Positions 51,359 through 62,407 are shown, counted from the stretch's first letter. The stretch is 64,000 nucleotides of DNA from Promethearchaeota archaeon (GCA_016839555.1 JAEOUA010000008.1:128001-192000); one strand, 5' to 3'. A program made the numbers and translations. Notes: a model not told the origin generated them from the letters alone.

Positions 51359-51397
51359 AATTATCCTCTATCTTTAAATAATTATTTTAATAATAAA

Positions 51398-52171
51398 ATG
51401 AGTATGATTTTGATTACTTTTTTAGATTCCTCTGAAGAAACTTTTAGAGAGATAATTTATTACTTGGACAAAGTTCAAGGGGAAGTGGTGAATGCTATTT
51501 CTATATTTAATAATTTTCTCACGCTCATTCTAAGTTTAAGTAATATTATCTTAAGTCTTATATTCTTTTCTTTTGCATATCGATTAGAGATCGGGGGGCG
51601 TACTTTTCAAATCAAACAAGAGGGATTAATTATTAAACACAAAAGAATTGGTTTTATAACTAAATTTGGATGCTATTTTTTAAGTCTCTTATCTGTTCTT
51701 TCATTGTTAAATTTATTACAATTTATGTTATTAAAACTTTTTAGTTTCATTCCTATTTCTCCAATGATGAGTCTTTTAGAAAGTATTTTAAGCTCTCTTT
51801 CTAAAATTTCAACTAGTTATGAAGATTTTAAGGCCTTATTTAATTTATTATCGAATCCTGAGAATTTAATTTTTGAGAATATTGGTAATTTATCTCCTAT
51901 TTGCCGTTTTGCTTTAGTGGGATTTAGCTGTGCCGCATTTCTTTCTTTTATTATTGTTTTAATATTCTTTTACTATATAGCTTTTAAAAAATTTATACCA
52001 AAAAAAAAGAATAAGAAATTAGCGTCCTACGGGATTCTATTTCTTATACTTCTACTCCTATTTGGATTTCCCTTGATGCTTCGTATGAGTTTGATATATT
52101 CGAACGCTTCAAGTTTTCAATCTTTGCCTTTTATTAATTCTTCCCCATATTATGGTCCTGGTTTTCAATAA
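51398..52171 (+). CDS. Polytopic membrane protein
   Basis: About 4 hydrophobic segments. Lies in the pilus-like locus. Confidence 0.6.
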   Translation: MSMILITFLDSSEETFREIIYYLDKVQGEVVNAISIFNNFLTLILSLSNIILSLIFFSFAYRLEIGGRTFQIKQEGLIIKHKRIGFITKFGCYFLSLLSVLSLLNLLQFMLLKLFSFIPISPMMSLLESILSSLSKISTSYEDFKALFNLLSNPENLIFENIGNLSPICRFALVGFSCAAFLSFIIVLIFFYYIAFKKFIPKKKNKKLASYGILFLILLLLFGFPLMLRMSLIYSNASSFQSLPFINSSPYYGPGFQ

Positions 52172-52240
52172 ATTGTTCATCCATTATGGAGTGAGAATTT
52201 TTTCAGTAGAGATGTTAAATTTAAATTTAGAGATATTTTT

Positions 52241-52642
52241 CTAATGTTGTTTTCTAATAATGTCGTCGATAACTTTTTGTAATTTATCAACCTTCTTATC
52301 TTGTTCATCCTCTTCTGCATTTTCTGTTTTTTCCTTTTTGTTGTGCTCATTAGCTTCAAATTCTTTTCCGACTATCGGGATTTTAATATCAGGAATAATA
52401 AACATTATCGCTAACAATATAATTGATAAAGCTAATGTCGAAAAATAAAATAATTCATATATTACATTTTGAATGTTTATATTATGGCTGATATATAGAT
52501 ACAAAGAAGGTGTTATGAAAATAAGTAAAAAATATTTAAAATAGGGGATTTTAATATCATTTTTCCATATTATAAAATAGATTGGGATAATAAAATGTAA
52601 TAAAGATAATACTAATTTTAATTCAGGAATATTTTCGAACAT
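52241..52642 (-). CDS. Small membrane protein with a charged C-tail
   Basis: 3 TM segments followed by an acidic/basic tail. Confidence 0.55.
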   Translation of the reverse strand: MFENIPELKLVLSLLHFIIPIYFIIWKNDIKIPYFKYFLLIFITPSLYLYISHNINIQNVIYELFYFSTLALSIILLAIMFIIPDIKIPIVGKEFEANEHNKKEKTENAEEDEQDKKVDKLQKVIDDIIRKQH

Positions 52643-52780
52643 TTCTATTTTTTTTTAAAAAAAACTTAATAAAGATACCTTTTTTGTTTTCTTTTATCGT
52701 TTTTTTAATAAAAATTAGTAGACTTTATTAAACTATTTTAGGAATAACAAAAAATAATATAAATTTTATGAGGTAGGCAT

Positions 52781-53026
52781 ATGCAAAAGAAAGAAAAAAG
52801 AAGAAAATTATTAAAACGCTTTTTAAAAAATGAAAGAGGTTTAAACAACATCATAATCCCTATCATCGTCATTCTAGTCGGGATCATTGTTATCCTTTTT
52901 TTAATACTATGGATTTTTGATTTATGGGATCAAGTTGTAGCACGTTTTCAAGGTTATTTCGGCTTAAATTTAGTTTTTAATAGCGTTAAGATAATTGAAT
53001 CCTTTACAGTAATATTAATGTGGTGA
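52781..53026 (+). CDS. Short Flp-like type IV pilin with class III signal peptide
   Basis: Basic leader ending KNERG, then hydrophobic LNNIIIPIIVILVGIIVILF. GAGGT SD. Adjacent to a TadB/C-like gene. Confidence 0.75.
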   Translation: MQKKEKRRKLLKRFLKNERGLNNIIIPIIVILVGIIVILFLILWIFDLWDQVVARFQGYFGLNLVFNSVKIIESFTVILMW

Positions 53027-53038
53027 ACCATTTAGAAG

Positions 53039-54625
53039 ATGAGGGGAAAGGGAAGTTTAAATAGATACATTAAGTTCATTAAGAAAATTGGAAAATACAA
53101 TATTCCATTAATGAGGTTTTTGTTGGATCTTGAAGAAGATTATCGATATCTGTATGAAAAATTATATAGTGTTACCGAGGAGCAGGTTGGAAAGGCAACT
53201 TTTATTGTTTTTTGTTTCATTTTTTTATTTTCTTTTATACCTTTTTTTTTAATAACGTTTATCTTAATTGGTATGATTTCATCTTCATTTTTCATTATCC
53301 TTTTATTACTCTTGACATTAAGTATGATACTTTCTACTGTTGTTGCATATTTTTTCAATACAATTTTGTTTAGAAGAATCAGAAGTGATGAAAAATCAAT
53401 AAATGCCTTAATATATTTATTAAGGATAAATTTCTCATTGTTTAAGTTAGTCGGCGATAAATCAGATTTGGGAATAATATTTACAAAACTTATAATTCAA
53501 TTTAAGCTTCCAATCTCTCATAGATTTAAGGAAATATTCTCAAAAATGTTAATCGGTCATAGTTTAGAGAATCAATTGAAATTATTGATTACACCAAGTT
53601 TGGATTTTAATTACTATATTAAGGATTTATTGTTAAGCAATTTCTCAATTGATGAACGCTACTTCGACGAATCCAAAGAAGAGAAGCATTTTAAGAAGGT
53701 GATTCGAAATCTCAAGGTTAAACTAGGGATAATGTTTTTTATTGGATTTTTTTTTCCAATAATTTTATGTGTTATTATTTTATTTGAACTAATTCCGTTG
53801 GTATATTCGATTTTTCTTTTACCTTTTATTATCTTATGTTTATTTTTTCTTTATCAAAAACTAATTAAGAATAATTCCTCTCTAATTGGTGTTGTAGATG
53901 GATTCAATTTGTATGAAAAGCAAAAATTTATAGAATTTTTAAAATTTTTAGAAACTTTAGCAGCTTTTTTATTAAAAAAGAGCCCCGAACTTTCCTTTGC
54001 TGAGGCTTGCTTCGCAATAAAACCGCGATTTAAAGTATTAAAGAAAATATTATCATACCAGACGGCAAGACTTTTGAGTTTACAAGTAACGTTAAAAAAT
54101 ATGATTAAGAGCCTTAAAACAGAACTTGAAGATAATCGTTACTCCATTTTAATGAATATTATTTATAAGATGATGATTAAGAGTTCTAAGGGAACCAGCG
54201 ATAAAATTAGGGATATATTAATAATCCTAAGAAGACATAAAAATCTTGAAGAAAGATTTTCAGAAATTATTAAATCGAATAAGATAATCGCTTTATTGCT
54301 TGTTTTTCTCTTTCCAATAATATTAGGTGCAATTGGGGGTTTCCTTCCTCTCTTTATGGCTGCTATAGAGATTTTGAGAGAATCTGATATTTTAGCATTG
54401 AATTCTTATACTAAAATAAGTTTTTTTGAATTAATTAAAATAAATGATGTTATTATGACATTTGTAATATTATTAGCCTGTACTCTGATAACCTCATATT
54501 TTTTTATGAAAATTGTTCGATATAAAAGGTTTAAGATAATTTTATTTTTAACATGTTTTATTTTCATAGTTTCCTTTTTGGTTATTTTATTCTTTACTTT
54601 TAATCTAGAAGAAATCTACGTTTAA
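53039..54625 (+). CDS. TadB/TadC/ArlJ-like (T2SS-F) membrane platform protein
   Basis: Two cytoplasmic helical domains separated by TM pairs (FKEIFSKMLIGHSLE; SPELSF...). Co-oriented with the pilin. Confidence 0.65.
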   Translation: MRGKGSLNRYIKFIKKIGKYNIPLMRFLLDLEEDYRYLYEKLYSVTEEQVGKATFIVFCFIFLFSFIPFFLITFILIGMISSSFFIILLLLLTLSMILSTVVAYFFNTILFRRIRSDEKSINALIYLLRINFSLFKLVGDKSDLGIIFTKLIIQFKLPISHRFKEIFSKMLIGHSLENQLKLLITPSLDFNYYIKDLLLSNFSIDERYFDESKEEKHFKKVIRNLKVKLGIMFFIGFFFPIILCVIILFELIPLVYSIFLLPFIILCLFFLYQKLIKNNSSLIGVVDGFNLYEKQKFIEFLKFLETLAAFLLKKSPELSFAEACFAIKPRFKVLKKILSYQTARLLSLQVTLKNMIKSLKTELEDNRYSILMNIIYKMMIKSSKGTSDKIRDILIILRRHKNLEERFSEIIKSNKIIALLLVFLFPIILGAIGGFLPLFMAAIEILRESDILALNSYTKISFFELIKINDVIMTFVILLACTLITSYFFMKIVRYKRFKIILFLTCFIFIVSFLVILFFTFNLEEIYV

Positions 54626-55732
54626 TTGAAAAAACTCTTTTATACTTAGGATTTTTACTTGCTCTAATTGCTCTATATTGTCGTATTGAGTCTTTAATCT
54701 CCTCAGATGTTGTTGATTGAGAAATATAATATAGATTTTAAAAATGTTTTGCATCTCTAATATTTTTATTATTCTCTCTTCATTAAATTCATCGAGTAAT
54801 ACAATCATGATACCTTTTTCTATTATTAACGCGCTTTCATTTAGTACCTCATATTTAACATTTCTTGTCTCTAATCGTGATTTAATCTTTTTTAGTATCT
54901 CATCTAATTTAGGTTTATCTCGAAGACTAAAAACCTCAAGTGAGCTATTTTCTTTATTTAATTCGCCTCTATATTCCTCTAATAATGGTAAGCGCCATAA
55001 AACTCTTCCAATATCTCTCTCTTCGGGCTTTTTAAAGTGGAGTGCTTCGATTTTAAAGAAATCATTGACATAATTTTTGAGATTGTGGTTTTCACTTCGA
55101 ATCATGAAAGATTCGACTATATAAGGATAAAAAAAAAGAGATCCAATAAATTTAAAGGGTATTATTAATCTAATTGTTGATTTTTGACTTTTCAATAATT
55201 TTATTAAGTCTGAAAAAAAGTATGCGTTTTCATTCACTTTAGTTAATGTAAAATCGATATTGTAAAATCTAAAAAAAAACGATTTATCTTCTTCTTTTAT
55301 CTCAATTAAATCTTTAAATTTCTTTATCTCTGCTTTTGGTTTGATTTTATCCATATTGAGAATTTCTAAAAAATATAATTTAATCAAATTAGGGGGTATT
55401 GAATTTGAGGTAATTCCAGGTATGGCGTTAATTTTTGAATGTATTTGTCTATATTTCATTATGATTTCATTTTTATTTTTTTCTTTAAATCGGATAATTA
55501 TCAAGGGCGCATCTTGATCTGAAATATTGTATTCTAGCGAATAGGAGTCAAGGATACCTTGCATTAAAAATTCATTAAGAATCTCTATTATTTCTATGTA
55601 TCTTTCCGATTGAAGAAAATTTAAGGCAAAATATACTTTATCCTTAACACTCATAAAATACATTAAATCTTCCTCTATGTAATGAGAAGAAAATTTAAAT
55701 TTATTTTTCTTTTTTTTATGCAAATTCACCAC
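54605..55732 (-). CDS. Hypothetical soluble protein
   Basis: 375-aa ORF divergent from the HerA-like gene. Confidence 0.6.
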   Translation of the reverse strand: MVNLHKKKKNKFKFSSHYIEEDLMYFMSVKDKVYFALNFLQSERYIEIIEILNEFLMQGILDSYSLEYNISDQDAPLIIIRFKEKNKNEIIMKYRQIHSKINAIPGITSNSIPPNLIKLYFLEILNMDKIKPKAEIKKFKDLIEIKEEDKSFFFRFYNIDFTLTKVNENAYFFSDLIKLLKSQKSTIRLIIPFKFIGSLFFYPYIVESFMIRSENHNLKNYVNDFFKIEALHFKKPEERDIGRVLWRLPLLEEYRGELNKENSSLEVFSLRDKPKLDEILKKIKSRLETRNVKYEVLNESALIIEKGIMIVLLDEFNEERIIKILEMQNIFKIYIIFLNQQHLRRLKTQYDNIEQLEQVKILSIKEFFQLNVDFF

Positions 55733-55838
55733 CTTCTTTTAATATAAATGAAAATATTTAAGATCATTCGAAATTACCCTTATTCTTTGTTATAAAAAAC
55801 TATTTGTTTTTATAAATAGATTTAAAATAAGTACGAGA

Positions 55839-58532
55839 ATGTTATTTACCTCAATTAGATACTATTATTTGATAATATTAATAGGTATTCTCTTTTGTTC
55901 AGGTATTATATTTTACAAGAAAAAAAAGTATGAAAAAATATTTCGGTTTGGGAAATATTTAATTTTACTTACTCTATTTATATCTATTTTCATTTATTTA
56001 GAAGATTTAATTTCAGGCAACTTGACAGAGGGGCTGCAGATTATAATGAATTTAGAAATGATCTTAATCCTAATCTTGTACTCTTTAGAATTCTATATAA
56101 TTCATAAGCGTTCAGTAGGGGGTACTTATTATATTTATATAGCGATAATAATCATTTTATTTCACGTTGTGCTCTCCGGAATCCTATTGCCGTTTCCTGA
56201 ATCTACGTTCATGATTATTTTTTTATCTTTAATCATAAGTGTTTCATTAGCCAACCTATCGAAAGAGCAGAAACGGATCTTTCAAATTACATTAATTGGA
56301 TGGTATATATATTTAAACTATAAGTTTATAGGAATTAGTTATTATGAAATCATCTCATTAATAATTATCTTTGTTATATTGCTTGGATATAGACCTATAA
56401 TTAATTATATAATTCATTTTTATCATACTCTCATTATTTTATTGATTGGACCTTTTATCAAATTAAAATCCCTAAACAATAAAACATCTAAGAAAAGTAA
56501 ATTATATAAACACAAGGGAAATCATTATTTAACTACTGTTGAAATTACACAAATAGGCAAAGTAACAAATGAAGATCAAAAAAAGAAACAGAAAATAGCA
56601 ACATGGTTAAAAGATTATTTTCGAGTATTGAAAGCGAATCGTGTGCAAATTAATTTAAAAAAAGGACGGTTCGAATTCAAATTTATCATTTTAACCGAGA
56701 CGGAAAAGGAAGGAATAATGAAGGGGAATAAAATCCTAACCGACTTAGAATCAGAGTATCCGGGATTAGACGGAAAAGTGTCCATAAGGCCTTTTAGAAA
56801 AAGTGAACTATATATGAAAGAGCGATGGTATAGACTAAGGATTCCCAAACCGCCATATGAAACACGATTTGAATTAATTAATCACTTGATCACAATATTT
56901 GAAAAAAAGAATATAGACCTTAAAATATCTTTAATTTGGAAAAAAGCACCTGAGAGAAAGGTGCCAGAGATGAAGGCAAGAGTTCTTGCAATGAAATACA
57001 AGGATAAAAATGAGAAAGAGAATTTCATTCGCATGTGGAGAAGAGAATTGTTTTATATGGGGATTTATATAAATTATAATATTAATGGAAATAATGCATA
57101 TGATGAGTTTGAAATTGAGGGGATTTTAAAAAGTTTAGAAATATCAATCAGAAATACTAAAAAAGTTGGTAAAATTAAAAAAGTGAGCTGTGGAACTAGG
57201 GCTGATTTCTATCGTGGGATTATTCCCCACGGAAATTATCTTACTCCACTAACATTTGATTTTACATTCACAGAGAAAATGCCTATACACACACCTCGTG
57301 GATTGAAGAATCAAACTATCAATTTTAGAAATCATACTGAAAATAGTTCCCGAATTCCTATTGGATATTGGATTAATAAGTATGGCAAGGTTACGGAAAA
57401 GTTAATATATCTAAATGTCGATGATCTTGATCAGGGCTTATTAATTGTAGGTAAGACTGGTTCGGGAAAAACTTATGTAATGGGTAATATTAATAAGCAT
57501 ATTAGGGAAAAGAGACCTGAAGTAGGGATTTTAGTTATAAACTATAAGAGAGAGATTGAAGAAAATATATATTCCGCCGAAAGACAATACACTTATGGTA
57601 AGAATTTGAAAGTTCCATACATGTACCCTGTTGACGCAAGCCTACTTGAAAAACATATCTCTGAAACATCTAAAGGCATTATGGGGGCACTTGGCTTCCA
57701 GCAGGAAGCATTCTATGCATGTTCGCAAGAATTAATGGATTATATTATAAAAAACAAATGTCCACCAAGCTCAATAAGGGAGCTTTTAAAATTGACAAGA
57801 GCTTATTTCTTTAAAGAGAAGAGCTCCTACGATATTAAATATCAAAATAGAATTACATCAGCTATTTACACTCGTTTGAATTTTAATCTGAATAAAACAG
57901 TGGAGGATATTCTTAATCCATTCAATGAAGCTTTATGGTATGAGGAATGGATTAGTGGAAAAACAGTTCAAATTAACTTAGTGAATTGTAATGATTGGAT
58001 TCAGAGACTTCTCACTATTCTCATTTTGCTGACAATAAAAACGCTTACACCTAATAAAGTTGAAGATTCGAACTTAAAATTAATTGAAATCGATGAGGCT
58101 CATCGAATAATAGGGAAAAATCCCGATGAGAGAGATCCAGAAAATGATGAATTCATCGCCTCCAAGAGAGTGGGAGAGCTTTTTCACGATTTAGCAGAAG
58201 AGTATCGGGATAGATTCATTAGTTTTATCACTGCTGATCAACAAGCGCACAAGCTTCGTGATACAGCAATTTCCTCTCCAAGTTCCAAGATAATATTAGC
58301 GCAAGATTTACTTAGTATTAAAAGATTAGCGTCAGATCCATCTCAAATTGAATATATGAAGCGTATGGAAAATAGGATAGCGATTTTTGATTCAAATTCA
58401 ACAGGGGACCTAATCTCTTTTAAAACAATAGATTTTACTCCTACTAATTCTACATCTCTCTGTTTAAAGTGTGGAGAAATTAATGAGGAGAGTGCTAAAT
58501 TTTGCTCCCAATGCGGTTCAAAGATTAATTAA
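55839..58532 (+). CDS. Membrane-anchored HerA/VirD4-like ATPase with C-terminal zinc ribbon
   Basis: About 7 N-terminal TM helices, Walker A GKTGSGKT, Walker B LIEIDEAH, EYRDR, TADQ and CLKC..CSQC. Paralog of 16488..18407. Confidence 0.85.
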   Translation: MLFTSIRYYYLIILIGILFCSGIIFYKKKKYEKIFRFGKYLILLTLFISIFIYLEDLISGNLTEGLQIIMNLEMILILILYSLEFYIIHKRSVGGTYYIYIAIIIILFHVVLSGILLPFPESTFMIIFLSLIISVSLANLSKEQKRIFQITLIGWYIYLNYKFIGISYYEIISLIIIFVILLGYRPIINYIIHFYHTLIILLIGPFIKLKSLNNKTSKKSKLYKHKGNHYLTTVEITQIGKVTNEDQKKKQKIATWLKDYFRVLKANRVQINLKKGRFEFKFIILTETEKEGIMKGNKILTDLESEYPGLDGKVSIRPFRKSELYMKERWYRLRIPKPPYETRFELINHLITIFEKKNIDLKISLIWKKAPERKVPEMKARVLAMKYKDKNEKENFIRMWRRELFYMGIYINYNINGNNAYDEFEIEGILKSLEISIRNTKKVGKIKKVSCGTRADFYRGIIPHGNYLTPLTFDFTFTEKMPIHTPRGLKNQTINFRNHTENSSRIPIGYWINKYGKVTEKLIYLNVDDLDQGLLIVGKTGSGKTYVMGNINKHIREKRPEVGILVINYKREIEENIYSAERQYTYGKNLKVPYMYPVDASLLEKHISETSKGIMGALGFQQEAFYACSQELMDYIIKNKCPPSSIRELLKLTRAYFFKEKSSYDIKYQNRITSAIYTRLNFNLNKTVEDILNPFNEALWYEEWISGKTVQINLVNCNDWIQRLLTILILLTIKTLTPNKVEDSNLKLIEIDEAHRIIGKNPDERDPENDEFIASKRVGELFHDLAEEYRDRFISFITADQQAHKLRDTAISSPSSKIILAQDLLSIKRLASDPSQIEYMKRMENRIAIFDSNSTGDLISFKTIDFTPTNSTSLCLKCGEINEESAKFCSQCGSKIN

Positions 58533-58684
58533 AGAGCCTCTTTTCTGGTAATGCGATTAAGGATAACTTTACTAATTTATAATACTATTTATACTAAAGT
58601 TAGCAAGTAGTCTAACGATTTTTTATATAAATCATTATTATATGGTATTTTATAAACTTTTTTTTAAATTAATATAGAGTAAAA

Positions 58685-59689
58685 ATGGTAAAATCATTAA
58701 ATAATAAGAGTAGGAATAGAATAAATAAGAATAATACTAAGAATTTTTCTAAAGAAAAGAGTAAAAAAGATACAAAATCTCTAGTCAAGAAATATAGCAG
58801 AAAAAATGGTATTGTTAAAAGAGAAAAGAAACTATTAAAAAAATTAAACAGGAATTTGGCGATAAAACAAGATTCTTATGAGAAATTTGCGAAAACAGGT
58901 CATTATTTGAATAATAAAAATAAGGAAAATCAAGATTTAAAAGATATTATTAAAACACAAGACCATGTAAAACAAATTGAAGAAAATTTAAGAAAGCGTA
59001 ATGTTGAATTAAAAGACATTGAAAGTGTGATAAAGCGGAACGATAAACAATATAATCAAAGGGAAAAAAGGATTGAAAAGATTAATACAAAAATAAAAGG
59101 ACAAAAAGAATTATTAAATAAAGAGAATAATATACCTAAAGAAAAACTTTCTATTAAGGAAAACATTAAGAGAACTGAGAAGGAGATAAATAAATTAAGA
59201 TGGGATCTTTCGAGAAAGAAATTTGAATTAAATTCAATAAAGCAAGACGGTGCTAAAGAGATGATAGAAAAAAAGGAGGGTGAAATCTCAGAATTAAAAA
59301 AGAAATTACGGGCAAAAGAATCCAATTTAGCAAAAATAAAGGAGCAAATAAAGGAAAAGAAAGAAAAAAAAAATAAGGAAGGAGATACTAAGCAAGAAAA
59401 AGAAAAAAAGGGGATAGATGAGGAGATTAAAAAAAAATTAGAGGGGATAGATGAGGAGGTAAAAAAAAAATTAGAGGATTCTATTAGAAGGCTAGAAAAT
59501 AGTATAGGTCGTTTAAATGAGGATACTAAGGATAAAATCGCTGAACTTTTCGACAAACTTAAAAATTTGGAACTCAAAGAGTCTGATGATGAAAATGAAT
59601 TTTTGCGTCAGGTTATTCAATGGTTAATAAATAAAGAAGATTCTAATAAAATTACTGTTACTGCCGAAAAAAAGAATTCCTATTTATAA
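58685..59689 (+). CDS. Long Lys/Glu-rich coiled-coil protein
   Basis: 334 aa, highly charged, with an internal 33-bp duplication. Confidence 0.65.
   Translation: MVKSLNNKSRNRINKNNTKNFSKEKSKKDTKSLVKKYSRKNGIVKREKKLLKKLNRNLAIKQDSYEKFAKTGHYLNNKNKENQDLKDIIKTQDHVKQIEENLRKRNVELKDIESVIKRNDKQYNQREKRIEKINTKIKGQKELLNKENNIPKEKLSIKENIKRTEKEINKLRWDLSRKKFELNSIKQDGAKEMIEKKEGEISELKKKLRAKESNLAKIKEQIKEKKEKKNKEGDTKQEKEKKGIDEEIKKKLEGIDEEVKKKLEDSIRRLENSIGRLNEDTKDKIAELFDKLKNLELKESDDENEFLRQVIQWLINKEDSNKITVTAEKKNSYL
59411..59476 (+). repeat. 33-bp tandem coding duplication (GIDEEIKKKLE/GIDEEVKKKLE)
   Basis: gggatagatgaggag at 59411 and 59444. Confidence 0.85.
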
Positions 59690-59774
59690 TTTAAGATATT
59701 ACGGGCTATGAAGAATTGAAGTAAAACTAATTAAAATAGGTAGTTTTTATAACTATTTTCGAAATTACATTTAT

Positions 59775-60185
59775 ATGAAGGTAATTGAAAAGATTTTATT
59801 AATTATAGCAGGTATATTAATTTTTATTCCGTTTTTTGCATTCATTATGCCTGAAATTAATAGAGCATTTAGTTATTCCAAAGAAGTAAATAATTTAGAT
59901 AATTCTTTATTTATAGTTCAAGATATTAATAATGGAATAAATTTTGTGAATCAAAACAGAAATCACACATATTCACATCAAATTACAATGCTTGGTAATT
60001 TAAAAATAGATATTCAAGAAAATCGAATTAATTATATATTTTTAATTGAAAAATTAATAATAATACCGAAAGATTATCCCATTAATTTAAGACCTGCAGA
60101 ATATCTCTTGGTTTCGTACTGTTCGTATCAATTAAATATTTATTTTGATAATAACTCAAATGAGATTGTTGTTGATATTTTTTAA
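59775..60185 (+). CDS. Single-TM protein, possible minor pilin-like
   Basis: N-terminal hydrophobic helix after Glu5, then a beta-rich domain. Directly upstream of the assembly ATPase. Confidence 0.5.
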   Translation: MKVIEKILLIIAGILIFIPFFAFIMPEINRAFSYSKEVNNLDNSLFIVQDINNGINFVNQNRNHTYSHQITMLGNLKIDIQENRINYIFLIEKLIIIPKDYPINLRPAEYLLVSYCSYQLNIYFDNNSNEIVVDIF

Positions 60186-60235
60186 ATTTATAATAATAAT
60201 TAAAAGTTAATAAAAAGAGTGCGAAATTTTTTAAA

Positions 60236-62407
60236 ATGACTTCAAATATCCAAAATATTAAAAATTTAGATGGGTCAAAAGAGAAAGTTCTAAGAATTGA
60301 ATGTAGAAATTGTTATCTATATAAAAAGGGATTTATTGATAGTAAAAAGTGTTATTATTGTCTATTTAATCACATAAAAAACAATGTAAAAAATAGGTTT
60401 TCAGATATATATATAGAATCGTTAAATGATTCGATACCAAAGTCCGCAACCCTTATATTTAAGGATTATTTCAAACAAACCAAAAGAATAGGAAAAATTA
60501 GAAATCGAATAATAGAATTAAGAGAAAAGGAATGCATTTATAGTGATTTTTCATGCAAATTACCAGATTCAAAAAAGTTATTTCTCTCAAATGAAGGTGA
60601 ATTACTTGATCCTATCGAGACTTATATTAATTTAAGTTCTATTTTAAATAACTTAGAAAGTTTTAATATACAAGATTCTAATTGTATTAATTGTAAAGAA
60701 GAAATCAGATCATATCTCATAGATATTTTAGATATATTCGAATCTACTCTTATTGTAAATTCTTATAACTCGTTTCAAGGTAAAAAACCTCTCTATTTTT
60801 ATGAATACATAATAACTAAGTCTCATTCACCTGAAAAGGTGAGAAAGTCCAGCAATGTTTCTTATTTTCATGATTTCTCAAAAGACTCAGAAAGAGAATT
60901 AATTGATACATATACAACTCAGAATGAAATTTATAGAGTAAATATATTTACGCTAAAAGAAATGAAAGAGAAATATTATGAATATTATTTAAACTATGAG
61001 AAAACTGAGAAATCTTATTATACAAAAATTGTTACGGATATTCTAAATAAAATCGAACTCTTATATTTTGACGAAATTGTTGATCTTGAAACCCTAATAA
61101 AACTATATAAAAAAGAAGTGATAAGAATTCTTGAAAATAATTATACAATTGATTCGGATATGAAAGAAAAGCTTTCCCTCTATATAACAATCCAATATAT
61201 TAACCTAGGTAAGATTTTTCCTCTACTAATTGATGATTTTATAGAGGAGATCTTTTTAGACGGTCCGGATGGGGCAATATATTTAAATCATCAACGATTT
61301 GGTAGATGTCGAAGCTCTATATTATTTAATAGAGATGATATAGAACGAATTATTACCTTGCTTAGATTATATAGCGGGCAAAAGCTTGATTACTCGACTC
61401 CTACATTGAAATGTGTTATTAAAAATAAATATTTTTATTCAAGGTTTTCAATTGATATAAAACCAATAAATGTAGCAGATTATTCATTGGACATAAGAAA
61501 GTTAGATAAGAATATATTGAATGTGCAAGATTTATTAAAATTTAATACTTTAAGTCCGGATATCGCATCATTTTTATATTTCTGCATTTTGCTTAGAGTA
61601 AACATCACAGTTACAGGGGAAACAGATACAGGAAAAACTACATTAATAAACGCCCTCGATTTTATAAGCCCATTAGAGTTTCGAAAGATTTATGTAGAAA
61701 ACATTGTTGAATCCCTCGATCAATTTACATTTGGAAAACATCAATTAAAATTTCATGCTGATGCCTTAGAAGATAATGAAAACGGATATACAAAAAGTAA
61801 ACATATAAAAACTCTTTTACATCGCACGCCAGATATTATCTTTCTTGGGGAAATTCTTACAGAAGAACAATCGAAAGCCCTATTTCATTGCTTAGAGGCA
61901 GGCCTAAAGGGATTTCAAACGATTCATTCTAACAGTATTTCGTCGCTTTTAAGACGATTTCTTGATACTTTCCACATAACTAAATCCCAACTTGATGATT
62001 TAGGTTTAGTGATATTAATGAGTCGTGATCAAGAAAGAAATCGAAGAATAGTATCAATTGTAGAAATAGATACGCTTAACCACTCTTTTAGTAATTTTAT
62101 TCAAGAAATCTTTAAATATAATCCCACGGAAGATAAGTGGGAATTAAAAAGAAACCTGTACGAATTAAAAACTGTTAAAAATCTGTGCAAATATGAATCT
62201 ATATCTGAAAAAAAATTCATTGAATATTTTACCCTTTATTCTGATATATTTGAATTTTTAGCTAATAGCAGAAAAATATCAAATCAAAAATTAATTCAAT
62301 TTTTTACTAAATTATCTTACTATTCCTCCAATCCTATGAGAGCAAGCAATTTTTGGGAAGATTGGAAGAAAAATAATAAATTCTTTGTAGAATCTAATAA
62401 TACTTAA
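60236..62407 (+). CDS. Type II/IV secretion ATPase (CpaF/TadA/VirB11/ArlI family) with a Cys-rich N-terminal extension
   Basis: PLLIDDFIEEIFLDG, Walker A GETDTGKTT, LHRTPDIIFLGEI and the FQTIH His box. N-terminal CRNC, CYYC and CINC. Confidence 0.9.
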   Translation: MTSNIQNIKNLDGSKEKVLRIECRNCYLYKKGFIDSKKCYYCLFNHIKNNVKNRFSDIYIESLNDSIPKSATLIFKDYFKQTKRIGKIRNRIIELREKECIYSDFSCKLPDSKKLFLSNEGELLDPIETYINLSSILNNLESFNIQDSNCINCKEEIRSYLIDILDIFESTLIVNSYNSFQGKKPLYFYEYIITKSHSPEKVRKSSNVSYFHDFSKDSERELIDTYTTQNEIYRVNIFTLKEMKEKYYEYYLNYEKTEKSYYTKIVTDILNKIELLYFDEIVDLETLIKLYKKEVIRILENNYTIDSDMKEKLSLYITIQYINLGKIFPLLIDDFIEEIFLDGPDGAIYLNHQRFGRCRSSILFNRDDIERIITLLRLYSGQKLDYSTPTLKCVIKNKYFYSRFSIDIKPINVADYSLDIRKLDKNILNVQDLLKFNTLSPDIASFLYFCILLRVNITVTGETDTGKTTLINALDFISPLEFRKIYVENIVESLDQFTFGKHQLKFHADALEDNENGYTKSKHIKTLLHRTPDIIFLGEILTEEQSKALFHCLEAGLKGFQTIHSNSISSLLRRFLDTFHITKSQLDDLGLVILMSRDQERNRRIVSIVEIDTLNHSFSNFIQEIFKYNPTEDKWELKRNLYELKTVKNLCKYESISEKKFIEYFTLYSDIFEFLANSRKISNQKLIQFFTKLSYYSSNPMRASNFWEDWKKNNKFFVESNNT

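Noticed and set aside
1804-59577. Many short antisense ORFs in the track (e.g. 1804-2121, 3980-4681, 6637-6891, 14168-14737, 42538-42846, 59056-59577)
   Set aside because: They are shadows of real genes on the opposite strand, with Ser/Phe/Leu-rich composition from reverse-read Glu/Lys codons.
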